DNA of 24,000 nt from Salinispira sp. GTDB taxonomy: Bacteria > Spirochaetota > Spirochaetia > DSM-27196 > Salinispiraceae. Below, one piece after another: positions 15,187 to 23,204 of this stretch. Each line of letters starts with the position of its first letter. Positions within the stretch are counted from its first letter, which is position 1. Both the position numbers and the translations under genes were made by a program. A model generated the notes under the pieces. It saw only the letters and a program-made list of their open reading frames with translations. It was not told the DNA's origin and searched no databases. The stretch covers positions 654,341 to 678,340 of the forward strand of contig OZ271918.1 in the NCBI GenBank assembly GCA_965602015.1, read 5' to 3'.

Positions 15187-16122
15187 ATGGCAGAATCTTC
15201 ACCCGATGAGTATAGACTTATTACCCGCAGCGATTTCGACGGTTTGGTCTGTGCGGTGCTTTTGAAGGAGCGGGAACCCATCGGAGAGATCCAATTCGTT
15301 CACCCCAAGGATATGCAGGACGGGCTGATCTCCGTCGGTCCCCGCGATATCTCCGCAAACCTGCCCTATGTTCCCGGGATATTCCGGGCATTTGATCACC
15401 ACCTTTCCGAAACTTCACGGGTTGGCGAACGGCCGGATAATCACATAATCAATCCCGACGCTCCTTCCGCCGCCCGGGTTATCTATGAGTTTTACGGGGG
15501 CAGGGCGGCTTTTCCCGATATTTCAGAGGAGATGCTCATCGCAGTGGACAAGGGCGATTCGGCGGATTTCAACATCGAAGAAGTTCTTAATCCACGGGAT
15601 TGGGTTTTGCTGAACTTCATTATGGATGCCCGGACGGGACTCGGGCGATTTCGCAATTTTCGTATATCGAATTATCAGCTGATGATGGATCTGATCGATT
15701 ACTGCCGGGATCACAGCATTGATGAAATTCTCGAGCTGCCCGACGTCAGGGAACGGGTTGAGCTGTATTTCGAGCATCAAAAGCCCTTCAGGGAGCAAAT
15801 CCGTGCCCGGTCGACGGTGCATGACAATGTTCTCCTGGTCGATATGAAGATTGATGATGCGATATCCGCGGGTAACCGTTTCGTAAAATACGCCCTCTAT
15901 CCCGAGACCAATATCTCAATCCAACAGCTTTGGGGATACAACCGGGAGAACACGGTTTTCACCGTTGGAAAGAGCATCTTTAACAAGAGCAGCGAGGTGA
16001 ATGTCGGCGAGCTTATGCTGGAATACGGAGGGGGAGGCCACATGGCGGCGGGCACCTGCCAGGTACCCAACGAGCGGGCGGAAGAGGTTCTCGAGACTCT
16101 TATCGGGAAACTCCGCGACTAA
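15187..16122 (+). CDS. DHH/DHHA1 family phosphoesterase (exopolyphosphatase/nanoRNase-like)
   Basis: SDFDG (DxD), AFDHH (DHH motif) and GGGGHMAAG (DHHA1 GGGH motif). The start is at the ATG at 15187 (MAESSPDEYRLITRSDFDG). Alternatives are 15160 and 15136. Confidence 0.8.
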   Translation: MAESSPDEYRLITRSDFDGLVCAVLLKEREPIGEIQFVHPKDMQDGLISVGPRDISANLPYVPGIFRAFDHHLSETSRVGERPDNHIINPDAPSAARVIYEFYGGRAAFPDISEEMLIAVDKGDSADFNIEEVLNPRDWVLLNFIMDARTGLGRFRNFRISNYQLMMDLIDYCRDHSIDEILELPDVRERVELYFEHQKPFREQIRARSTVHDNVLLVDMKIDDAISAGNRFVKYALYPETNISIQQLWGYNRENTVFTVGKSIFNKSSEVNVGELMLEYGGGGHMAAGTCQVPNERAEEVLETLIGKLRD

Positions 16123-16149
16123 GCGCGACGGGAAGCAGTGCTGCACCTA

Positions 16150-16179
16150 TTGATCAAGGCCGGTAATTTCCGCTATATT
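16150..16179 (+). promoter_or_regulatory. candidate rpoZ-miaA promoter (TTGATC-18 nt-TATATT)
   Basis: TTGATC at 16150-16155, an 18-nt spacer and TATATT at 16174-16179, 34 nt upstream of the rpoZ ATG. Confidence 0.5.
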
Positions 16180-16212
16180 AACAAGATGCAAACAGTGTGA
16201 GGAGAGCTCCTG

Positions 16213-16404
16213 ATGATCATACCTCTCGATTACCTTGAGAGCGAAGAAGGAAACATGTACGAGTTGACCTGCGCCGCCGTACGGCGGGCGTATCAGCTCA
16301 CAGTTACCGGCGATACGGAATCCGAAGATGAGCAGGCGAAAATCGTGTCCAGCGCGATTAAGCAGATACTTACCCGCAAGGTTCAGTACCGCCTGGAAGA
16401 ATAG
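16213..16404 (+). CDS. rpoZ: DNA-directed RNA polymerase subunit omega
   Basis: 63 aa. N.YEL...A..RA.QL is the RpoZ signature. GAGGAG (16198-16203) lies upstream of the ATG. Confidence 0.82.
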   Translation: MIIPLDYLESEEGNMYELTCAAVRRAYQLTVTGDTESEDEQAKIVSSAIKQILTRKVQYRLEE

Positions 16405-17408
16405 TGAATCAATCAATCCGCCAGCGCGGATCACAGCACAAGAAGCCGTCTGAGCGGGACCCGGCGCCTGCGAGGGCGGTTTTTCTTTTTGGTCCTACTG
16501 CCGTGGGTAAGACCAAGGCCCTCTCGGTCATATCCCGCAGTCTCCCCGGGGTTGAAGTGATTTCTGCGGATTCGGTACAGGTATACCGTGGGCTTGACAT
16601 CGGAAGCGCAAAACCCGAAAGCGATGATCTGGCATCCCTTCCCCACCATAATATTGATGTGCGCAATCCCGATGAAAACTACTCGGTAGCTGATTTTGTC
16701 GCAATTGCCGATGCTGCCATTAGTGATATTAGCTCCCGCGGAGGCATTCCGCTGGTGAGCGGCGGGACGGCATTTTATCTCAAACACCTGTGGTTCGGCC
16801 TCCCCGAGAGCCCGCCGGCAAACCCCGTGGTCGCCGCGGCCCTGGCCGAGGAGCTCAAACTGCGGGGCATCGATGCCCTGCGAAGTGAACTCCGCTCAGT
16901 GGATGAGGTTTCCTGGGACCGCATTGCGCCTGCCGATCACTACCGCATTCTTCGGGCCTTGGAAGTTTTCCGGTCGAGCGGCCGGCCCCTGAGCAGCTAC
17001 GCCCTTCCGTCCGAGCCCCGGGATGGACTGGATGTGCTGGCCTTAGGTTTAACGCGGGACCGCCGCGAGCTGTATGAACGGATCGACCGCAGGGTGGAAG
17101 TCATGTTCGACCGGGGCCTGGAGGGTGAAGTAGCCGGTCTTCTGAGGGCGGGGTACGGACCCGAGGCGCCGGGTATGAAGGCCATTGGATACCGGGAATT
17201 TATGGATATAGATATCCGCAACCGGCTGCTCGCCTGTAAACCCCTCGAGGACCTGCAGAGGCAGAATCTTATCGGGGATATTCAACAGGCCAGCCGGCGC
17301 TTTGCCAAGCGGCAATTGACCTTTTTCAGAAGCCTTCCGTCGGTACATTGGCTGGAGGCGGACGATACAGAGGGTATTACAGACTTGGTCCGCGGTTTTT
17401 TTCCCTGA
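16404..17408 (+). CDS. miaA: tRNA dimethylallyltransferase
   Basis: P-loop FLFGPTAVGKT, then SADS.QVYRGLDIGSAKP and the C-terminal RRFAKRQLTFFR. The GTG start overlaps the last base of the rpoZ stop. Confidence 0.9.
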   Translation: MNQSIRQRGSQHKKPSERDPAPARAVFLFGPTAVGKTKALSVISRSLPGVEVISADSVQVYRGLDIGSAKPESDDLASLPHHNIDVRNPDENYSVADFVAIADAAISDISSRGGIPLVSGGTAFYLKHLWFGLPESPPANPVVAAALAEELKLRGIDALRSELRSVDEVSWDRIAPADHYRILRALEVFRSSGRPLSSYALPSEPRDGLDVLALGLTRDRRELYERIDRRVEVMFDRGLEGEVAGLLRAGYGPEAPGMKAIGYREFMDIDIRNRLLACKPLEDLQRQNLIGDIQQASRRFAKRQLTFFRSLPSVHWLEADDTEGITDLVRGFFP

Positions 17409-17417
17409 TTCCGCTGC

Positions 17418-17446
17418 TTGACATGGGCGGACAGCTCGGTCATAAT
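17418..17446 (+). promoter_or_regulatory. near-consensus sigma70 promoter (TTGACA-17 nt-CATAAT)
   Basis: TTGACA at 17418-17423, a 17-nt spacer and CATAAT at 17441-17446, immediately after the miaA stop. It would drive the 29-aa basic ORF. Confidence 0.65.
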
Positions 17447-17537
17447 GGCGCCTCAATAACTACTGGTGAGAACAGGGAATACCTCCTTCGCCGGTATGGA
17501 GCCGAAGAATCAAAATCAATAAGGAGCAGAGCACACA

Positions 17538-17627
17538 ATGCCTTGCGGAAAAAAGAAAAAACGAAAAAAAATAGCCACTCACAAGCGTAAGAAAAAACTC
17601 AGAAAAAACCGACACAAGAAAAAATAA
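17538..17627 (+). CDS. 29-aa Lys/Arg-rich micro-protein, bS22 / AURKAIP1-COX24-like (putative small ribosomal protein)
   Basis: Hand translation gives MPCGKKKKRKKIATHKRKKKLRKNRHKKK. AAGGAG (17521-17526) lies upstream, with its own promoter and downstream hairpins. From memory, the ..ATHKRKK.LRKNRHKKK pattern matches the family annotated as AURKAIP1/COX24 domain protein (bS22). It is below the track cut-off. Confidence 0.6.
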   Translation: MPCGKKKKRKKIATHKRKKKLRKNRHKKK

Positions 17628-17634
17628 ATCCCTA

Positions 17635-17690
17635 CCCCGGCGGCATTTCCGCCGGGGCTTCGACGGCCCATAACCTGGGCCGTTCGTTTT
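17635..17690 (+). terminator. tandem hairpins / intrinsic terminator after the micro-ORF
   Basis: Hairpin 1 pairs CCCCGGCGG (17635-17643) with CCGCCGGGG (17649-17657). Hairpin 2 pairs ACGGCCCA (17663-17670) with TGGGCCGT (17676-17683) and is followed by TCGTTTT. Confidence 0.6.
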
Positions 17691-17738
17691 ATTCCCTTCT
17701 CCCTTTGTAGGGTCTTCCATATCTGATATACTCCCGTC

Positions 17739-18632
17739 ATGGACAGTCCGATGGTTCACCCCGCCAGCGAAGATTTTCTCGAAAAACTGTATGCGCCGAA
17801 TCCCCGACCCCTGGTTATGGGGATAATCAACGCAACACCTGATTCTTTTTATCCGGGAAGCCGGGCGACCGGACTTGCCGCCCTTCAGAAAGCCCTTCAG
17901 TACGTGGTTGAAGGCGCTGATATTCTCGATATCGGGGGTGAATCCAGCCGCCCTGGTTCGGACTATGTGGATGCCCGGGAAGAAATCGAACGGGTGGTGC
18001 CCCTTATCGCCTCGATCAGACGGGAGAGTCAGATTCCCATTTCCATAGACACCCGAAAAAGAGCCGTCGCGCAGGCTGCCATCGAAGCCGGAGCCAATAT
18101 CATTAACGATATTTCCGCATTGAGGGATGATCCGGGACTTGGCGAGCTTGCCGCCGATACCGGCGTACCGGTGATTCTTATGCACATGCAGGGCACGCCG
18201 GCATCAATGCAGAAATCCCCGAGTTATCACGACGTCGTCGGCGAGGTCTGCGGCTTCCTGCAGGAGAGAATCGACTACGCCCAGTCTTTGGGAATCGCAT
18301 GCGAGAAAATCATCGTCGATCCGGGAATCGGATTCGGAAAAGGCCACCTGCACAATCTGATGCTTCTTCGGCATCTGCCTCGCATCGTAGACCTGGGTTT
18401 TCCGGTTCTCATGGGACACTCCCGGAAAAGCTTCATCGGGCGAATTCTCGCCGGCCGGGAAGGCGAGGGGGAAGACACTCAACCGGTGGATGTGGACCAA
18501 CGTTTGTTTGGGTCGCTGGCAGTTGTTGCCGATAGTTATTACAGAGGTGCGCGGCTTTTTCGGGTCCACGACGTGCTGGCGACCCGTCAGCTTCTGGAAG
18601 TGTGCCGGAGCATTTCAACTGCGGGTGAATAA
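17739..18632 (+). CDS. folP: dihydropteroate synthase
   Basis: GIINATPDSFY, DIGGESSRPG and the C-terminal RVHDV motif. ATG at 17739 (alternative at 17751). There is no SD; a TATACT box ends 6 nt upstream. Confidence 0.9.
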   Translation: MDSPMVHPASEDFLEKLYAPNPRPLVMGIINATPDSFYPGSRATGLAALQKALQYVVEGADILDIGGESSRPGSDYVDAREEIERVVPLIASIRRESQIPISIDTRKRAVAQAAIEAGANIINDISALRDDPGLGELAADTGVPVILMHMQGTPASMQKSPSYHDVVGEVCGFLQERIDYAQSLGIACEKIIVDPGIGFGKGHLHNLMLLRHLPRIVDLGFPVLMGHSRKSFIGRILAGREGEGEDTQPVDVDQRLFGSLAVVADSYYRGARLFRVHDVLATRQLLEVCRSISTAGE

Positions 18633-18666
18633 GCGCCTGACGCGAAATTTAGACTGAGGATTGGGC

Positions 18667-19449
18667 ATGAGCTGGCTTACCGAAAGCTGGGCGCTGAGGA
18701 CCGTTATCCTGCCGTTTTTGGATATCCTCCTCTTGGCGGTAATCTTTTACAAGGCATACACCATTTTTCTCCAGACCCGGGCGATTCAGCTCGTCCGGGG
18801 TACCATGTTTATTATCACCCTCTATGCGCTGGCGTTTTTTCTCAACCTGACGACCGTTCTGTGGCTGCTCAATTTCCTCGCTCCGAGTCTGGTTATCGGC
18901 ATTGCCATAATATTCCAGCCCGAGCTTCGCAAGATATTCACCCAGTTGGGTCAAAACCCCCTGTTCCGTTTTCGCGAGTCCTCCCGGCCCCTGGAAGTTG
19001 ACACGGTGCTGCGGGCTGCCGAAGTGCTTTCGGCTCAAAAGCGGGGAGCCCTCATCGTATTCGTGCGCAATGTGGGACAGAAGAATATCGTGGAAACCGG
19101 CAGCCGGCTGAACGCCGATGTCAGTGCGGCCCTTCTGATCAGCATTTTCGGTTTTGACACCCCGCTTCACGACGGCGCCGCAGTCATCGAGAACGGCCGG
19201 GTCGTCGCAGCCGGCGCGTTTCTGCCCCTGTCTGAGCAACAGGATATTCGCCGAAGCTTCGGTACTCGTCACCGGGCGGCCCTCGGGCTGGCCGAAGATT
19301 CCGACGCGGTGGTGCTGGTAGTCTCCGAAGAGACCGGAGCCGTATCCCTTGCGTATCAGGCAGCCCTCTATTACGATCTCGAACTTGATGAAGTCAGGAG
19401 CCGCCTTATGGATCTGCTGAAACTCAGTGAGGAGGAGTTTGAGACGTGA
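18667..19449 (+). CDS. cdaA: diadenylate cyclase CdaA (DisA_N/DAC domain, membrane-anchored)
   Basis: Three hydrophobic N-terminal segments, then DAC motifs LHDGAAVI (DGA) and GTRHRAALG (RHR). ATG at 18667 with GAGGA 7 nt upstream. The track TTG at 18661 is two codons longer. Confidence 0.9.
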   Translation: MSWLTESWALRTVILPFLDILLLAVIFYKAYTIFLQTRAIQLVRGTMFIITLYALAFFLNLTTVLWLLNFLAPSLVIGIAIIFQPELRKIFTQLGQNPLFRFRESSRPLEVDTVLRAAEVLSAQKRGALIVFVRNVGQKNIVETGSRLNADVSAALLISIFGFDTPLHDGAAVIENGRVVAAGAFLPLSEQQDIRRSFGTRHRAALGLAEDSDAVVLVVSEETGAVSLAYQAALYYDLELDEVRSRLMDLLKLSEEEFET

Positions 19450-20405
19450 GTTCCCGCCGCAGTCTTTCTCAGATCATCGTGCGCCTCTTTTCTAATTGGC
19501 CCGCCAAAGCCCTGGCTCTTGGGGCAGCCATTCTGCTGTATCTCCTCGTTGGTCTGGAAAACCTGGAAGAACGCTACATCACCCTGCCTATCCGTCTGGA
19601 ACTTCCTCAAAACCTGGTTCCCGCCAAGGAATACCCGGCCTTCGCACGGGTATACATCCGCGGTCAAGGGGACGATATCTACTCAATAACCGAAGACGAA
19701 ATCCAAATCAGCGCGGATTTCCGGCAGTTCTCCAGGGAGGGGGAATACCGCGTCGCCCTGGAAGAGCGCCGTTTGGGTCTTGCGGCCAGCATCGAACCGC
19801 TGGAGATCAGAATAGAGCCGGGGCTCTTGGAACTCACTCTCGAGCAGCGGGTCAGCGCCATGGTGCCGGTAGTGCCTGCAATCAGCGGGTCCCCCGCGCC
19901 GGGGTACGAACTCAGCTCGTATAGCGTGATCCCCGATCAGGTCGAAATTTACGGTCCCCGATCGGTAATTTCACAGGTAAATGAGCTTAACACCGAGGAA
20001 ATTGAGCTCGGAGCCCAGGACGGGGATTTTGTTCTGCGGGTTGCCCTTGTGGCTCCGAATCCCCTGCTTCGATTCGAGGGCAGCCGGCTGGTTGAGTTCA
20101 GGGCGGAAATAAGCGATTCGATTTTGGTAAATACCTTTGAAAACGTTCCGTTGATAATACTCGGGCTCTCAGATGAGTTCAGTGCGGACCTGGCGGTTCC
20201 CGGCGGAAGCATACGGGTTCAAGCTAGCCAGAGTCTGATAAATCAAACTGATCCGGAAGCCATCAGCCTGGCGGTCGATGCCAGCGATATCGATGCGCCC
20301 GGAGCGTATACCCTTTCGGTACGGCCGGTGGTGCCCCGGGGATTCGTAATCTTCCGATTCGATCCGGTTGAAATTGACATCGAGATACGGGAGAGAGTCC
20401 AGTGA
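19446..20405 (+). CDS. cdaR: CdaR-like YbbR-domain protein (CdaA regulator)
   Basis: 319 aa with an N-terminal TM segment and repeated beta-rich YbbR-like modules. The GTG start overlaps the cdaA stop (GTGA), the canonical cdaA-cdaR arrangement. Confidence 0.78.
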   Translation: MSSRRSLSQIIVRLFSNWPAKALALGAAILLYLLVGLENLEERYITLPIRLELPQNLVPAKEYPAFARVYIRGQGDDIYSITEDEIQISADFRQFSREGEYRVALEERRLGLAASIEPLEIRIEPGLLELTLEQRVSAMVPVVPAISGSPAPGYELSSYSVIPDQVEIYGPRSVISQVNELNTEEIELGAQDGDFVLRVALVAPNPLLRFEGSRLVEFRAEISDSILVNTFENVPLIILGLSDEFSADLAVPGGSIRVQASQSLINQTDPEAISLAVDASDIDAPGAYTLSVRPVVPRGFVIFRFDPVEIDIEIRERVQ

Positions 20406-20770
20406 TCCTGGGAATCGGAGTTGATATCGCCCGCAACTCCAGGTTTGCGCTCTGGTTGGAAGATAGACAAAAACTGGAGCGGTTTTTTCATTCTGAAGAG
20501 ATTGCCTATTGCCTTGAGCAGGGGCCGGGCTCCGCTGCATCTCTTGCAGCCCGATTTGCCGCCCGGGAAGCCTTTGCCAAAGCGCTGGGAAGGGGCTTCA
20601 GGGATTTCCCGTTAAAAGATGTGTGGGTGAGCAGGGACGGGCAGGGACGGCCGAACCTGAACACCGCCGGCAAGGCCCGGGAAGCCGCTAATGCCCGTGG
20701 CGTCAAGGCCATTCATCTTTCCCTTTCCCACGAACGGGATTACGCAGTGGCAATGGTTGTGATAGAATAG
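20402..20770 (+). CDS. acpS: holo-[acyl-carrier-protein] synthase
   Basis: 122 aa with ILGIGVDI at the N-terminus, then FAAREAF.KA and LSLSHERDYAVA. The GTG start overlaps the cdaR stop (GTGA). Confidence 0.9.
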   Translation: MILGIGVDIARNSRFALWLEDRQKLERFFHSEEIAYCLEQGPGSAASLAARFAAREAFAKALGRGFRDFPLKDVWVSRDGQGRPNLNTAGKAREAANARGVKAIHLSLSHERDYAVAMVVIE

Positions 20771-20776
20771 GCCCCG

Positions 20777-21652
20777 ATGGCCGAAGAAAACGCTGCTACG
20801 ACATTTTTCCAGAAAAAGCCCACGGTTTGTCCGGTCTGCGGTACTGAATTCTTTCGGGAGGAGCTTCTCACCGGCAGGGGACGCTTGATTGCCGGCAAGC
20901 TCACCTCTGAACTCCGAAGGTTGTACGAACCCAGCCAGAAGTACGGCGAGGTCTATCCCCTTATTTATCCGGTTACGGTGTGTCCCGGTTGCTACTATGC
21001 CGCCTGGAAGGAAGACTTCCTCAAACTCAACGGTGACGGAGTGGATGCCGCTGAAATCGACACTAATGAGCGCATCGCCTGGGTATCTGAGGTCCTGGAA
21101 GGGGTGGATTTTCGGGCCAACCGGGGCCTGGCAGAGGGTCTTGCGGGTCAGCTGCTTGCCCTTCGCTGTTACGATTTTCACCGGTCGGACGTGTCCCCCA
21201 TTGTAAAACAGGGCATCAGTGCCCTGAGGGGCGCCTGGCTCGCCCTTGATATGCATAAAAAATTCAGCGGCAGCAATTACGACTACCTGGCAAAAATGCT
21301 CTACCGCAAGGCGCGCTTTTTCTACCTGACGGCCATTGAATACGAATCGAACGGCAAGCAGGGTATCGGCGGGTGCCCGAACCTCGGGCCCGACATCGAC
21401 AAAAATTACATGTTCGACGGAGTTCTCTATATATACGGGTACCTCGAATACCATTACGGGCCACGCTCTGATTCCTCGAAGCGTGAGGAAAATCTCAAGC
21501 GGGCCAAGCGCACCATTGCCCGGATTTTCGGCATGGGAAAGGCCACAAAAAATAAACCCCTGGCCCTGCTGGATAATGCCCGCGACCTCTACTCCCAGAT
21601 CGGCAAGACCCTGGGACTGGAAAATCTCGATCCCGAGAAAGATCCGGGATGA
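20777..21652 (+). CDS. DUF2225 domain-containing protein (zinc-ribbon N-terminus)
   Basis: 291 aa. CPVCGTEF ... CPGCYYA forms a zinc ribbon, followed by a helical TPR-like region, as in DUF2225 from memory. Confidence 0.7.
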   Translation: MAEENAATTFFQKKPTVCPVCGTEFFREELLTGRGRLIAGKLTSELRRLYEPSQKYGEVYPLIYPVTVCPGCYYAAWKEDFLKLNGDGVDAAEIDTNERIAWVSEVLEGVDFRANRGLAEGLAGQLLALRCYDFHRSDVSPIVKQGISALRGAWLALDMHKKFSGSNYDYLAKMLYRKARFFYLTAIEYESNGKQGIGGCPNLGPDIDKNYMFDGVLYIYGYLEYHYGPRSDSSKREENLKRAKRTIARIFGMGKATKNKPLALLDNARDLYSQIGKTLGLENLDPEKDPG

Positions 21653-21666
21653 GGGTATAGCCATTC

Positions 21667-22422
21667 ATGCGAAACGTAAAACTGACAATCGCCTATGACG
21701 GGACGGATTTCCTGGGCTGGCAGAAACAGAAAGAAGGCCGCACGGTTCAGGGCGAAGTGGAAAAAGCATTGTCCCGAATGCATAAACGGGAAATCTCCGT
21801 GGCCTGCGCCGGAAGAACCGATTCCGGGGTTCACGCGAACGGCCAGGTAATCAGCTTTTGCTCCGAGCTCGATATTCCTGCGGAAAAACTGTGCAGGGCC
21901 GTAAGCTCGTTTTTCCCCAAGGATGTGTCCGCCGTGGCGTCCGAGCTGGTAGATGATGATTTTCACGCGCGCTATTCGGCCCGCCGAAGAAGTTACAAAT
22001 ACTATATTTTTCCGTCTCCCGTGCGCATACCCCATTACCGGCGCTACTCGGTCAGAACCCTTCGGCGTCCCGATCTTTCGCTGCTGAACCGATATGCGGG
22101 AAAAATTATCGGCGAGCATGATTTTAGTACGTTTTCCGCACCGAATGAGCAGGTTCCCCACAGGGTTCGGCGGGTTCTCAGCGCCGGGTTTTACCCCGAG
22201 GGGGATTTTATCGCTTTCCGAATCACCGGCACCGCATTTTTATGGAAGATGGTGCGCAGTCTCGTGGGAAGTTTTATCGAATACGAGGAACGGGGCGTAG
22301 ATCCCGCGGAAGTTGCCGAATATCTGGCGGCCGGTGACCGGAGCCTGGCTGGAATGACCGCCCAGGCCCGGGGACTGTTTTTTGACCGGGTCGAGTACCA
22401 CGACCGGCCGGGAGGTTTCTGA
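21667..22422 (+). CDS. truA: tRNA pseudouridine(38-40) synthase
   Basis: KLTIAYDGTDFLGWQKQ at the N-terminus and the catalytic AGRTDSGVHA motif. Confidence 0.9.
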   Translation: MRNVKLTIAYDGTDFLGWQKQKEGRTVQGEVEKALSRMHKREISVACAGRTDSGVHANGQVISFCSELDIPAEKLCRAVSSFFPKDVSAVASELVDDDFHARYSARRRSYKYYIFPSPVRIPHYRRYSVRTLRRPDLSLLNRYAGKIIGEHDFSTFSAPNEQVPHRVRRVLSAGFYPEGDFIAFRITGTAFLWKMVRSLVGSFIEYEERGVDPAEVAEYLAAGDRSLAGMTAQARGLFFDRVEYHDRPGGF

Positions 22423-23204
22423 TGGAAAAAAGCCCGAGATCTCTGCTTTGGGACATTATTAACGATTACGAAGATGCCCTCCGCTACCAAAATAGGCGTT
22501 CCTCCAGCCGTCCCCGGATTCCGCCGGCACCCCGGCCGGCGCTGGCCCGGGAAGCGGCGGAGGGGTATGAGCTTCCCGGGAGGACGGGGCCGGCTGAGGC
22601 AGTGAATGATGCCGGACCCCCGAAGGATGACAGCCTGGCTGCGCTGGCAGCGGAGGTTGAAGGCTGCACGCTCTGCGCTCTGCAACAGGGCCGCCGGCGC
22701 GCGGTACCCGGTGCCGGCGACAGCGAGAACTGTCAGCTCCTGGTGATCGGCGAGGGACCCGGTGCCGAGGAAGACCGGCTCGGACTGCCATTTGTGGGGC
22801 CTGCGGGCCAGTATCTCGATAAATGGCTGGACGCCATCGGCCTGAGCCGGAACAACGGCGTCTTTATCGTCAATGCGGTCAAATGCAGGCCGCCGGGAAA
22901 CCGGGATCCACTGCCCGATGAGACATCGGCCTGTATGCCCTACCTGCTGCGTCAGATCGCGTTGCTTGCTCCCCGGGCAATTCTCTGCGTGGGGCGGATC
23001 AGCAGTTCAATTCTCCTGGGTGATGGCCAGCGAATCAGTAAAATCCGTGGGCGCTGGACGGAATTCCGGGGAATCCCCCTTATGCCCACCTATCATCCCA
23101 GCGCAGTACTTCGCAACAGCGAGCTTCGCAGGCCGGTGTGGGAAGATATGAAGAAAATCAAACGTGCACTGGAGACAGGAAATTTCAGCGATGAGGTATT
23201 GTAG
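22422..23204 (+). CDS. udg: uracil-DNA glycosylase, family 4
   Basis: C.LC cluster, GEGPGAEED (motif A), PFVGPAG and PTYHPSAVLRN (motif B). It has an ~85-aa Pro/Ala/Arg-rich N-terminal extension. The ATG shares one base with the truA TGA. Confidence 0.85.
   Translation: MEKSPRSLLWDIINDYEDALRYQNRRSSSRPRIPPAPRPALAREAAEGYELPGRTGPAEAVNDAGPPKDDSLAALAAEVEGCTLCALQQGRRRAVPGAGDSENCQLLVIGEGPGAEEDRLGLPFVGPAGQYLDKWLDAIGLSRNNGVFIVNAVKCRPPGNRDPLPDETSACMPYLLRQIALLAPRAILCVGRISSSILLGDGQRISKIRGRWTEFRGIPLMPTYHPSAVLRNSELRRPVWEDMKKIKRALETGNFSDEVL

Noticed and set aside
17348-17590. 80-aa plus-strand ORF overlapping the miaA 3' end and the micro-ORF
   Set aside because: It spans the miaA stop and a consensus promoter, and it has no RBS. 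The 29-aa ORF in another frame has complete expression signals.
17460-18185. 241-aa minus-strand ORF spanning the micro-ORF region and the folP 5' end
   Set aside because: It crosses a promoter, a terminator and two supported plus-strand genes. Its sequence includes poly-F/L translated from the antisense of the poly-Lys run, which marks it as an artefact.
20612-21664. 350-aa ORF antisense to acpS and the DUF2225 gene
   Set aside because: It has no recognisable domain and no SD, and it overlaps two well-supported, tightly coupled plus-strand genes. I treat it as a shadow ORF.
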